A stretch of DNA of 63,215 nucleotides, counting the filler, from Octopus bimaculoides (taxonomy: Eukaryota): the NCBI RefSeq assembly GCF_001194135.2. It is 3 parts of 2 records of this genome, joined end to end, with 100 filler letters (N's around TTAATTAATTAA, not from the genome) between each part and the next. Parts side by side here need not be neighbours in the genome. Positions count along the whole stretch, not along the records: positions 1 to 25,248 come from NC_068982.1; 2 more parts are not named here. One strand, given 5' to 3'. Below the pieces are notes generated by a model. It was not told the origin of the DNA. It was given only the letters and a program-made list of their open reading frames with translations, and ran no database searches. How positions within the stretch are numbered: position 1 is the first letter of the stretch; the number at the start of each line of letters is the position of its first letter. The translations under genes and the position numbers were made by a program. Positions 10,700 to 23,614 of this stretch are shown here, one piece after another.

Positions 10700-13333
10700 G
10701 TATATATATATATATATATATATATAGTAAGGCCAAGGCTGTAAGGAGTTTTCAGGACATGTTGTTGCTGCTGTCGTCGTTACTGTTGTTGTTATTGTTA
10801 CTGTTGTTGTTACAGTTGCTATTGCTCTTCTCCACCTTTAATACATTTTGTGAGGCAATAACTTTGCCTTAGGTCCTCAACTCGTGAATGAATCGTAAGG
10901 CCATCATGGTGACATACAGAGTGTACTGGGCAGTTTTCAACTTAATGGAGCCCAACTCTTTCCAGGTCAGACCTTCGCTGATTCTTCAAGAAGAGGGGAA
11001 GAGAAACAGACTGAAAAAATCCAACCCAACTACTAGTAATCTAGTGATCTCTAAGAGATGAATAACCCGGATGATCTGGGGCGGAAGGGCATCAATCCGG
11101 CGCTCAAACAATTTATGACCAGCTTCTGAAGAAATAAGTACATCACTGAAAACGTTTTCTTCACACTCACGTGTTTCGTGATAAATCAGAAAGAAAGTAG
11201 AAAATAACATTCACTAAGTTTTGTAAATAATTCTTCAAGAATTCTCCAAATTCAATAAATTTCGAACATAATTTTAATGAGTTCTTGAAAAATAACTCGT
11301 GACAGACGACACTTTAATATCTGGCTAATATATTTTCCCCATAAAACTAGGCTAATCTATCGTCAGAAAATAAGAATGCCACAGTCTTTACAACAATAAA
11401 TAAATTTCCGTGATTAAAAGAAGAAATTGGATTTCTAGTTCTCGTGCAGGAAAGAAAATACCTTTGACTCTTTCTCAGTAGGAGGTTAATAAAGCTATTT
11501 ACATTACCTGGCAGCTGGAAATCGCTAACTCTATTTTATAACGCTCCACTAATTTACTATGCTTAATTAACATAGGCTGTCTTTACAGGAATAATTTTTC
11601 TATAAAAATTAATAACGAATCATGCATTCAAAACCAATTTGTTGTATCAACGAAGCTATTTATGTTTACAGCAAAGCTTTCGATTTTAACCATTATGCCA
11701 TCATAACTGAACAGTAATGCCGGATATATAGCGTTACATTTAAGATATTGTTAATTTTAAATATCACCAACGGACACCAAAAAGCTAATTAATAACTTAC
11801 ACATTAATCGCCATGATGTTTAATTATCTTTCGACTAGCCCTGAGGCTTGTTACTTTATATAAATCACACGATAATGTGAAGACGTACTTCCTATTACGC
11901 CAATAAACCAGGATGATTTGCTGATTTTCGGAATAAAACTATACGTCTTATTATTGGTGTAAATCTAACATTAACATATAAAGCAAGTACAGCCTTACTG
12001 GAATAAAAACTTTAAAGTCTTCAGTTGAATCCCTCTCCATTTTTAACTTCAAATCACATTCGTAATGTTTTATATATTTCTCTGACAATCACATTGTCAC
12101 TGTGAAAAGAAAGATGACAAGACGATGCCTGCATGACCTTCACTCTAAGGCATATATTGTCCTGATTAATTGATTAATTAATCAATCCTAATACTGAAAA
12201 AATAAAGAGAGAGGTGGAGTCATTAGCATAACTTTAACCATAGTATGGTGATAAATATGAGAAGAAAAATTCGAAAACTTGAGAATGAAGATGGTATCAA
12301 TATCTTCAACTACCGAATAACAAACATAAGCTTTAGTTAAAGAAAAAAGTTGACATTGCAGTTCTGAAATTTGGGTATAAATTTCGTAGTCTTCTAANNN
12401 NNNNNNNAAAACGTTGAGTTAATAAAATAGAAAAAAAAAAACAAAAAAAAAAAAACAGACCAGCTGACCATTATGCATACTCTAGTATTTTCTACCTCAA
12501 TTCTCACTCAGTTTGCCTCTGCTGAAGCTTTTTCTACAGGTAATATCTTCACGACTTCAACAAGCCTACTTCACTAGTTCTACCTGACAAATTACTAGAC
12601 AAGACATTTTTCGATGTAGCAGACAAATAGATATTAGAGTGTCACTTGAAACTGGGGAACTGGAGGCGCTTCAACTAAAATAACATCTCTGATTGGATGA
12701 GGAAAATATGTGCAACAAAAATGTTTTCCTTCACACAACCAATCATAATCGTGATATGGATTACATCGGTCATAAAAGATATGATAGCTATCTTATACTC
12801 TTACAAGGTTTTGGTGTGCCTTAATTTCATAAGAGCATAATGAGTATCCCTGCCTTCGGTTGTGGAATTTAAGGAGGGCCAGGAGTGAGTTGATAGGGGG
12901 TTGAGAAACTCTGATGGACGGTTGGCAGTATCTTTAACATCGTGTACAATGGGAATTGACTTTATAGCATCTAGATTGGGCTGGCATCTGTTTGGATGAT
13001 GGGAACATTAATATCTTGTATGTGTGTATGTGTGGATGTATATGTGTATGTATACATATATTTATACTTGTATATATACATCTACATATATATACACACA
13101 TATACGCACGTATATACATACACATATAAGCATATACTTTAATACATACATACGTATATTCACACGCTCACACATACACAAACATATATTGAGATTCGTG
13201 ATAGACAGACAGGCAAGCAGACAGACTGACTGACATAGTAATTGATTAACTAATTGGCTGACTGATTGGTTGTTTGGCTTGTTGGTGGGTTGGTTAGTGG
13301 TCGTCCAGTTGGAAAACTTTTTTATTGCTATAA

Positions 13334-13395
<62 letters not shown>

Positions 13396-13829
13396 NNNNN
13401 NNNNNNNNNNNNNNNNNNNNNNNNNNNNNNNNNNNNNNNNNNNNNNNNNNNNNNNNNNNNNNNNNNNNNNNNNNNNNNNNNNNNNNNNNNNNNNNNNNNN
13501 NNNNNNNNNNNNNNNNNNNTATCAATGAAACAAATCAAAGTATGCGTGTATGTGCGTTTGTGGGGAAACAAATGGGGAGAGAGATTTGATCTTAGTATCT
13601 AATTCATAGCATAAGGCAATTAGTCGTCACTTGCTAACGATTATGACTTACTAGTACACTGTTTACTGCTTTTGCTAAATGTTTCAGGTACCTATGTAAC
13701 TGTGAGCAGACAGATACCATCTTCTCGGCTCTCTTACTCTTGATCCAATAAAATATCGAGGATATAAATGCTAGAGGGAGAGAAAGATATATCAGCATCC
13801 GTATGTTACTTAACAGAAATGCATAGATT

Positions 13830-13945
13830 GAGGCAACGTGATGCTAAGTACCTACTCAAACACGCAACACGCTGCCCGATTCAGGAATTGAATGCAACAA
13901 CCTTATGATCATAAGCTAAGCTCTCCAGCTATTTGACCATGTTCC
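13830..13945 (-). mobile_element. SINE family D, decayed head
   Basis: gcaacgtgatgctaag...cacgctgcccgattcaggaattgaa...ttatgatcataag. Confidence 0.5.
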
Positions 13946-14399
13946 TTCACATTTAATTTATAGCACTGCATATATTTGAGTAAATATTAGATATAGTCGA
14001 ATCTTATTCTACATGAAGCTGTCTATTTTGCAAGTGAAAATGGCGATGTTATATAAATTAATATAAATTGTCAGAGGAAATATCATTATACTGGCTACGG
14101 ATAATGACAGTGAACATCGAAAAGATGCTCGCTGCATTAGTTCCGGTTCTTTAAGCTCTGAGTTCAAATCTCGCCTAGTTAATAATCTACGATCTTGTTG
14201 ATGGCACCGCCTAAACTTCAACCCTCAAAATTGTTGACCTAAGTCAGAAACTCTGATAATGACTTTGTACGAAGTATTTTTATGAGAAATTGTGTTATAC
14301 ATAGACTCTTAGCATATAGGAATACTTACTACTATGTATAAATATCTTATATTACTGGCATATATAAATATTTCATATTCATGCGATTAGACTATCAAA

Positions 14400-14628
14400 T
14401 GTTGTTACACATCGCTGGTCACAATGCGATTTGCATCGTTTGAGCCTTCGAATGACGTCACCCCGGTGGCTCGGCGAGCAGGCCAACATTCCTCGCTGAT
14501 CGAAAGGAGGACTGGAGTAACATTAAATGAAGTGTTTTGCTCAAGAACAAAACACGCCGCCCTGTTCGGCAATCGAACTCAATCGCTAGATCGTGAGTGC
14601 AACAGCCTAACCACAAGGATCGCGCCAG
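14400..14628 (-). mobile_element. SINE family D variant
   Basis: ggactggagtaacattaaatgaagtgttttgctcaagaacaaaacacg...ggcaatcgaactc...gatcgtgagtgcaacagcctaaccac. Confidence 0.7.
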
Positions 14629-14689
14629 CCATCATAAATATTTCATATTACTGGTATATATAATACCTCATGTTATTGGTATTCTTTTA

Positions 14690-14932
14690 TTCTTTTAGTC
14701 TTTTACTTGTTTCAGCCTTTTGACTGCGGCCATGCTGGAGCACCACTTTAAGGGGTTTTAGTCGAAGAAATCGACCCCAGATCTTATTCTTTGTAAGCCT
14801 AGTACTTATTCTATCGGTCTCTTTTGCCGAACCGCTAAGTTATGGGGACGTAAACACACCAGCATCGGCTGTCAAGCGATGTTGGAGGGACAAACACAGA
14901 CACACAAACACACACACACACACACACACACA
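14690..14932 (-). mobile_element. SINE family B, 3' half (runs into a gap at its internal (AC)n)
   Basis: ttttacttgtttcagcc...gactgcggccatgctggagcacc...gtaagcctagtacttattctatcggtctcttttgccgaaccgctaag. Confidence 0.9.
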
Positions 14933-15844
14933 NNNNNNNNNNNNNNNNNNNNNNNNNNNNNNNNNNNNNNNNNNNNNNNNNNNNNNNNNNNNNNNNNNNN
15001 NNNNNNNNNNNNNNNNNNNNNNNNNNNNNNNNNNNNNNNNNNNNNNNNNNNNNNNNNNNNNNNNNNNNNNNNNNNNNNNNNNNNNNNNNNNNNNNNNNNN
15101 NNNNNNNNNNNNNNNNNNNNNNNNNNNNNNNNNNNNNNNNNNNNNNNNNNNNNNNNNNNNNNNNNNNNNNNNNNNNNNNNNNNNNNNNNNNNNNNNNNNN
15201 NNNNNNNNNNNNNNNNNNNNNNNNNNNNNNNNNNNNNNNNNNNNNNNNNNNNNNNNNNNNNNNNNNNNNNNNNNNNNNNNNNNNNNNNNNNNNNNNNNNN
15301 NNNNNNNNNNNNNNNNNNNNNNNNNNNNNNNNNNNNNNNNNNNNNNNNNNNNNNNNNNNNNNNNNNNNNNNNNNNNNNNNNNNNNNNNNNNNNNNNNNNN
15401 NNNNNNNNNNNNNNNNNNNNNNNNNNNNNNNNNNNNNNNNNNNNNNNNNNNNNNNNNNNNNNNNNNNNNNNNNNNNNNNNNNNNNNNNNNNNNNNNNNNN
15501 NNNNNNNNNNNNNNNNNNNNNNNNNNNNNNNNNNNNNNNNNNNNNNNNNNNNNNNNNNNNNNNNNNNNNNNNNNNNNNNNNNNNNNNNNNNNNNNNNNNN
15601 NNNNNNNNNNNNNNNNNNNNNNNNNNNNNNNNNNNNNNNNNNNNNNNNNNNNNNNNNNNNNNNNNNNNNNNNNNNNNNNNNNNNNNNNNNNNNNNNNNNN
15701 NNNNNNNNNNNNNNNNNNNNNNNNNNNNNNNNNNNNNNNNNNNNNNNNNNNNNNNNNNNNNNNNNNNNNNNNNNNNNNNNNNNNNNNNNNNNNNNNNNNN
15801 NNNNNNNNNNNNNNNNNNNNNNNNNNNNNNNNNNNNNNNNNNNN

Positions 15845-15879
<35 letters not shown>

Positions 15880-15891
15880 CATACATATACA

Positions 15892-15927
<36 letters not shown>

Positions 15928-16199
15928 CTTACATACAATATTTATTTGTTTAAAACATTTGCGGTAAAAGAATTATCTCCCTTAGATCTCAACTTTAACA
16001 CCACTTCCTTTTATGCTGGAAGAGATTGTGTAAGAACAACGTAAATTGAAACAATATAGATTAAATATACATTAGATAGATAGACATTAAATAGAAAGAA
16101 AGGCGAGATCAATAGAAGCTCCATAGATCAGTATCGACGTGGTTGACAGATGGACCAATTCATCTTTATGTCTGTTATTTCTAGGACTCACCAATGAGG

Positions 16200-16445
16200 T
16201 TTTCTTTAAAACATGACAACATGTTTGAAAACAGTTATTTCCATTGGCCTGATAAACTTCAGGTCGGTAGTTGGAATAGCATCATCAGCACTGGACCGAG
16301 TCCAAAATACTTTAACTCAACTCTCAAATGACTGTGATCTATCTCGATCAAAATAGATTTCATGATGTGATGCAGCTCATTGATATAAATGCTATATAAT
16401 TTCGTAGGTTTTGTTATCTTGCTGTGTTGAATAATTTCCAAAAAG
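16200..16445 (-). mobile_element. Decayed non-LTR RT fragment (Rex/Babar-CR1-L2 group)
   Basis: Minus-strand KPTKL...LHHIMKS...HSHLR, then after a frameshift TRSSADDAIPT. These resemble the RT motifs KPSCLNDYRPVALTSHIMK and NRSTDDAI. Confidence 0.5.
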
Positions 16446-16859
16446 CAGACGATAATCCTTACCTAACACATTCACAGTTTACTATTCATTCTCTGAGTAG
16501 TGATTAGTGCAGGACCTGAGGGTTTGAAAACAACAAAGTTGATGGGAAAATGAGAGATGAGTAGAAATAGAGTGGCTCAATGGAAGAGTATGAGCCCATC
16601 TAGCTCCAATGACTACAGATCGTTATAGTAGCTGCAGAAAAGCAGTGAGAGGAGACAGTACACCTGTAAACCAAAGATTAGTGCATGTCTGTGAGTCACT
16701 GTATGCCAATCAAACACGGGGCCTGCTTTCTCCGGAGTAATCTACGTTGTCTGTGGGTACAACTACAACCCCGTCTTATATATGAGATCGTGCTCCATTG
16801 TTGTTATTATCTGAGATTTGTAAATAAATAAAGTAAGTCCTCTGGACATTCTTTCGAAT

Positions 16860-17096
16860 CCAAGGGCTCATATGACCGGTTAACCGGTTTTCTTTGCGTA
16901 TAAGGAATCGACATTACAACATTGCCTCCGAATGGGATGCCGGTCTATCGCAGCGCTACTCATTTACAGCTGAGTGGACTGAAGCAACGTAGAATAAAGT
17001 GGTTTGCTCGAGCACTCAACGTTCTGTCCCGACTGGAAATAGAAATCATGATCTTGCGATCGTGAGTGCAACACCATAACCGCTAGACCACACGCG
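16860..17096 (-). mobile_element. SINE family D
   Basis: catttacagctgagtggactgaagcaacgtagaataaagtg...gatcgtgagtgcaacaccataaccgctagaccac. Confidence 0.75.
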
Positions 17097-18156
17097 TAAT
17101 TTGTAGAGTATCAATGATTGTTATGCGGCGATGAAGTATTTGAATGTATCAAAGGAACAAAAGCATGTGGATGCATAAATGGGAAAAGTCTATCCATTGT
17201 TAATCTTCAAATGTCTAATGGAACTAAAACAAAAGTCTGGAATGAATCATTACAATGTTACTGTCAAAATGATGACATTATCCAATCAAAACACCCGTTG
17301 GTCAGTGTCCCGCGTACGTGTTAATTTCTAATGTAGAACCTTTGTAATGTTCAATAATAGCACCAAAGCGATAATGAACGGTGCAATGAGTACTTTTTTC
17401 CTGATAGAATTATCATCTGCTCCTTGAAGTTTGTGACTAACAAAAACGATATATATATATATATATGTATGTAATGTATATATATATATATATATATATA
17501 TATNNNNNNNNNNNNNNNNNNNNNNNNNNNNNNNNNNNNNNNNNNNNNNNNNNNNNNNNNNNNNNNNNNNNNNNNNNNNNNNNNNNNNNNNNNNNNNNNN
17601 NNNNNNNNNNNNNNNNNNNNNNNNNNNNNNNNNNNNNNNNNNNNNNNNNNNNNNNNNNNNNNNNNNNNNNNNNNNNNNNNNNNATATATATATAAATATA
17701 TATATATATGTATATCATCCGTTAGGTTCCAAGTTCACAGCTGAGGCTGAAGCTAAAGGTTCGTAGCAGGCTTCCGAGATAGCAGGTATATATTAGAGGA
17801 AAAAGTACAACAAAAATCAAGGCAAGACGAGTATCTCAAGTCATTCGGTTCCAAGCGATTTAAAGTTTCTCTGGCCTCTAACAGTAAGAACAAATTCGGT
17901 AATAAATGAATAATAGAGTGACAAATATCCTTGGAGGTACAGAATCCCTTTCATTAACTTACAACTGTTTCTACTAGAAGTAACCGGGAATCAGGCTTAC
18001 ATGACAATGCGAGTTCATATAGCTTCCTCCGCGCCATTTGAATGAAGTGTTTCACAGCCACTCAACTCTAGATGTACGGTTACTTATAGAAGAAACTGTT
18101 GTAAGCTAATAAAAGTGACTGCGTAACGTTGTTTTTTTTTTTTTGTCATTCATTTA

Positions 18157-19030
18157 TCCTCTTATATAAAATAGACCTATGTGTGTGTGTATATATATTT
18201 GCTTTTCATGCGCAATCAGCTGCGCGAATTGCTTCCGCTGCATGAATAATTTGACCTCGGATACATAATGTTTATTTTTTTTTTTTTTTGTTAAAAATGA
18301 ATAATATTGCTTTATATATATGATTCATTTCTTTTAAAAAGTTTCTCAATGTCAACTTCAGGTATTGACGTAGCAACGGCGAATTTTCCGTTTTCATTTC
18401 AAGTCTTAATTCACTATTTGCAAACAACTACGATAAATTATTGAAAGAAATAGTAAAGGTGCTCTTGCAAGAGTTTGCAGTGCACGCCCCACCCCAGCCA
18501 AGCCGGATGCTACTATTTACGGCTCCTTTTGCATGAAGTACGTGGTCCCAAATCATTCCAAGGTTCGAGGAGGTAAATGGTCATGTGTGCGAAACTTATA
18601 GGGAAGCATGCTAACAACAAGGGTTTTTTTTAAAGAAAATGATGGGCATTGAGACCTTGCATTGACTGAAGTATCAGTACCAGATTCTCCAAGAAAACTC
18701 CGTCACCTTTTTGTAATCATACTGAACATGCGTCAACGTGGCAGTTTCCTACAGCTTTAGATGAAACATCGTGAGGACATGACTTTAGTATGCAGTTCAA
18801 CAGGCAAACTCAGATATCAATAGTCAGTTCTCTCAAACAATTTTTAACCAGGCATTGATTGAATTTCCGGATCAAGTTTTGGACATGGGAGGCAAAAATT
18901 TGCATGAGTCAGGCTCTTGACTGCCAAAAACAAACCGTCAAGAAACATTGCAAGAAAGACAAAATTTGTCATCACAGACTTGGCTGTATTTGTGAATGAA
19001 CATAAACCTAAACGCTGTGCATATGATAAA
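18157..19030 (+). mobile_element. Helitron remnant: putative 5' end fused to a mid-RepHel fragment
   Basis: A|TC start tcctcttatataaaatag. Degenerate frames VRGPKSFQ, VNGHVCETYREAC, SPRKLRHLF, FNQALIEFPDQVLDMGGKNLHES and LAVFVNEHKP, typical of the Helitron Rep-helicase linker. Confidence 0.8.
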
Positions 19031-19039
19031 ATTTTTCAT

Positions 19040-19074
19040 TTACTATTATTATTATTATTATTATTATTATTAAA

Positions 19075-19166
<92 letters not shown>

Positions 19167-19177
19167 CATTATTATTA
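19040..19177. repeat. (TTA)n microsatellite
   Basis: Directly visible; abuts a gap. Confidence 0.95.
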
Positions 19178-19521
19178 NNNNNNNNNNNNNNNNNNNNNNN
19201 NNNNNNNNNNNNNNNNNNNNNNNNNNNNNNNNNNNNNNNNNNNNNNNNNNNNNNNNNNNNNNNNNNNNNNNNNNNNNNNNNNNNNNNNNNNNNNNNNNNN
19301 NNNNNNNNNNNNNNNNNNNNNNNNNNNNNNNNNNNNNNNNNNNNNNNNNNNNNNNNNNNNNNNNNNNNNNNNNNNNNNNNNNNNNNNNNNNNNNNNNNNN
19401 NNNNNNNNNNNNNNNNNNNNNNNNNNNNNNNNNNNNNNNNNNNNNNNNNNNNNNNNNNNNNNNNNNNNNNNNNNNNNNNNNNNNNNNNNNNNNNNNNNNN
19501 NNNNNNNNNNNNNNNNNNNNN

Positions 19522-19552
<31 letters not shown>

Positions 19553-19578
19553 ATCTAGACAAATAGACAGGTAAGCAA

Positions 19579-19643
<65 letters not shown>

Positions 19644-20213
19644 AAAATCTAATAAAACCATACATAAGTGATTGTTTACAAAATATTTTGTTACACCATG
19701 TTGCGTACGTTTCATAATCAAGACTTATTGTCAAATCGTCAGAGATTAACAGATTCAGCCACCGTGAGAAAGTGAGCGACCGTATTCAATTAACTGCAGG
19801 ATCAGATCTGGTATCAGATAAGGAAAATCTTTAAAAAAAAAGGAGGCAGAGTGCTGTTTAAATGTTACCAGTGTGTTACTAGACTACTTTCTGACTAATA
19901 GTTTTATTGGGTCTTTTAATCAGTTGTTTTTTATGCTAATTAATTTTATATACATAAATGTATACAAAAAAATGTACTGCTACAGGTAACGTGCTTAATG
20001 CTCTATGTATATGCATGTATTTGAGTACGTTAGTTTTAGTGTCTGTTAGAATGTACACAAGACTCATAAGAAGGTAGCTCAACCATAAATTTGTCTGAGA
20101 ATCACAGAGATAGGAAAGGGTCCTTGAATGTTTGATAGATCCTTTCCTAAAAATCCTCCCACCAACAAGAGGCCAAATGCAATCTTCTTCCACCTTGAAA
20201 AGTTTCCCGGGTG

Positions 20214-20265
<52 letters not shown>

Positions 20266-20349
20266 CGTGCGTGCGTGTATGCGTGCGTGCGTGTATTTAT
20301 GTACCAATTGTCGCGTATATATACGTTCTCATTTGCTTTTAATTACTAG

Positions 20350-20745
20350 AAGTCTTCCTCTGATGAAGGAACTGGTTTCTAACGAAACAAAGCTCCATCG
20401 TTGGTATGTTGACAAAAAACATACTCTCACTTTGAACTTGAGAAAAGTTTTGCATATTTTTACTGTTCCACTTACGCATTGTATTTGTAACGTGCAAATT
20501 AGTTGGCTGATTTCCTTTTCCTGAAAAAATCCCCAGATTTTACAAATTATCACTTAGGTATTTACTCGGTACATCAATTATTATTGGTATAAATGAGAAT
20601 TTATAATCTGAGCTTAGAAGCTAGAGCTTCCGAGGCTGGTGTCCGTAGTTACCCTCTTTCTCGTTTATTTTCGAAGAGATATTCATACCAACAGGGCAAC
20701 TGATCTTTATGACAGTACATACTTTTTCTTGTTTACGTATGTCAG
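20350..20745 (-). mobile_element. R4/Dong-like non-LTR retrotransposon 3' end (RLE domain and 3' UTR)
   Basis: DIRKQEKVCTVIKISCPVGMNISSKINEKEGNYG...YKFSFIPIII...LQIQCVSGTVKICKTFLKF. Homologous to 28255-28850 and 48200-48870. Confidence 0.8.
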
Positions 20746-20754
20746 TGTGTATGT

Positions 20755-20942
20755 AAGTATGTATGCATGTATGTATGTATGTATGTATGTATGTATGTAT
20801 GTACGTATGCATGTATACTTGCATGTATGTATGTGTGTATGCATGCATACATGTATGTATGTATGTATGTACGTACGTACGTACGTACGTATGTATGTAT
20901 GTATGTATGTATGTATGTATGTATGTATGTATGTATGTATGT
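20755..20942. repeat. (ATGT)n microsatellite
   Basis: Directly visible; abuts the 5'-truncated end of the R4-like copy. Confidence 0.95.
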
Positions 20943-21879
20943 GATTTGTACATTAGCACATCATGAGATGCATATCTGTCAACAAAAGTGTGTAACATAG
21001 AAGCCTAATTAAATCGTTAAAACAGAATGTTATTTCGAAACAGCTTCAAACACAATTCTATTCAATGTTTCAAACGTAGAATTACATTCCAAACTTCATC
21101 TAAAAACCAAACAAAAGAATCTGAATTTTCAATTCTGATCAATGAAATAGAGAATAATACTTGCAAGATTTTACCATTCGAACCTCCAAGCAAATGAAAT
21201 TTCTATGGCATTGGTAAACAGACGAAGACAAGATATGCCTTGTGGAGTGGTGTGGTTTAAGTGCGTATATGTGTGTGTAAGTGTGTGTGTTAGTGTGTGT
21301 GTATATGTATGTATGTACGTATGCGTATGTGTGCATGCTTGAGTGTATGTGTGTCTATATATATACATTTATATATATATATATATATATATNNNNNNNN
21401 NNNNNNNNNNNNNNNNNNNNNNNNNNNNNNNNNNNNNNNNNNNNNNNNNNNNNNNNNNNNNNNNNNNNNNNNNNNNNNNNNNNNNNNNNNNNNNNNNNNN
21501 NNNNNNNNNNNNNNNNNNNNNNNNNNNNNNNNNNNNNNNNNNNNNNNNNNNNNNNNNNNNNNNNNNNNNNNNNNNNNNNNNNNNNNNNNNNNNNNNNNNN
21601 NNNNNNNNNNNNNNNNNNNNNNNNNNNNNNNNNNNNNNNNNNNNNNNNNNNNNNNNNNNNNNNNNNNNNNNNNNNNNNNNNNNNNNNNNNNNNNNNNNNN
21701 NNCCCTCTTCTCCAAATGTTTTATTTTTATTTTTAATTTGAAGAAAAAATGTGAAATGAGGAAGAACGTTTGTTGAACAAATAAATAAACCATTTTTTTT
21801 AATTCTAAGAAAACGCCATTAATTGTTTGCATTAAAAAAATCAGATATGAAATTTATGAACAACATTCATCACACTTTT

Positions 21880-22540
21880 TTCCCTTCACTTGTTGCATAA
21901 AGCCGTTTTTCTGTTGTTTTTTGGGGGTTTTTTTTTTGCAGACTCTACATATTTTTGTGGTTCTGTTTCGATGGTTAACACTTACATATGTACGTCGAAA
22001 TTTTCTTTAGGAGTACTTGAGTCATCAACTGGAAATTTCCTAGCATTTTGGCGACCACAAAGCTCCTCAACAGTTTTTTGAATATGTTCCCGCCAACTAA
22101 TGTTTGATATACATATGCTTTTGTATATTACCTAACTTTTTACAAGAGTTAGAGCCAAAATATTGTAATAAGAACATGCATGGGCCACCGCTTGCTACCG
22201 ACTCTGACCGAATAATGTCTTATCATTTGGTCAATTACATCCAGTCCTACCTTATTTTTGTTACAAAAAAAAGTATGGTCTCAGGTTACTTTTGGGGGTT
22301 ATTTTTAGAATCAATTAATACACCCGCTCAAAATAACTACAGATTTTGATCTTTTCCACTGGCATGATATCAGTGTGACAGCTGGCTTCTGTGTAGATTT
22401 CAAAACCAGAGTTTCATCGATTAGTTTTGCCCTATTTACTGCTTCAGGTAACTTTCTTCTGTTCGGGCGAAGTGTTCTCACAAAGATGCAATTTTATTTT
22501 GCCAGCTATATGTTCGAACGGTGAATTCAGCAACACCATC
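21880..22540 (-). mobile_element. piggyBac transposase remnant (C-terminal half)
   Basis: KNCIFVRTLRPNRRKLPEAV...KRSKSVVILS, DSKNNPQK*PETILF, NKNKVGLDVIDQM (third catalytic D), YSVRVGSKRWPMHV, then a Cys-rich tail NRTTKICRVCKK. Confidence 0.8.
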
Positions 22541-22755
22541 TGGCCAAAGCAGCTGGTTTGTGTTGATAAAGGGCAATAACCCAGAAAAGAGTCCACAGAT
22601 GTTGGTTTGCGCTAGGTGGGAGTGGTGGGCTACCTGCTCGAAAATATAAGGACAGAGGTAGTGTGTCGTATAGCCAGCTAGAAACGATGTATATTGGAGC
22701 TAAAAGTAACAGTAACATCGTCCCTTTTGGAACAGCCACATTATGTTGGCAAATA

Positions 22756-22806
<51 letters not shown>

Positions 22807-23142
22807 TGTGTGTGTGTGTATGTATGTATATATATATATGTATGTATATATGTGTATATGTATATATATATGTATATATGTATGTATGCATGTATGTATG
22901 TATGTATGTATGTATGTATGTATGCATGTACGTATGTATGCATGTATGTATGTATATATGTGCGTTAGTGTGTATGTGTGAGTGTGTAGTTGTATCTTTA
23001 CCAGCATGGCGTTCTGATGTATGTATATATCAACTTTTTTCCGTTTCTCTCTGTCTCTGTTCAATTCCTTTCATTTAAATATTCACTGACTTCGCTAATC
23101 AACACCAGAACAACGACACATCACACACTATCACTAATTCAC

Positions 23143-23205
<63 letters not shown>

Positions 23206-23560
23206 GCTATTCTAACTGAGTAATACACCTCGAGACAAGCCAATTATGAGCATCATTAGGTCAACATTTATTAGCACATATGAGCACTTGGACGGCGCTT
23301 GCACAACACCATACGCGTCCAATAGTTCGTGTGTGTGTCTGTGTACGCGAATAATTGTATGTATGTATGTATGCACGTATGTATGTATGCACGTATGTAT
23401 GTATATATGCATGTATGTACATAAGTATCTATCTATTTATTATACACACACATACACACACATATATTTATTTACATAGTCAAACGACTTACCGATGTAC
23501 GTGCATAGACAGATAAATAGCCAGGTAGACAGACAGAAAGTCGGACAGCTAGGTATATAG

Positions 23561-23614
<54 letters not shown>

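Noticed and set aside
22343-22447. Apparent 105-bp + strand exon (ag...cag|gtaact, open frame DFDLFHWHD...)
   Set aside because: The opposite strand is clearly piggyBac transposase, which explains the open frame; the acceptor lacks a pyrimidine tract.
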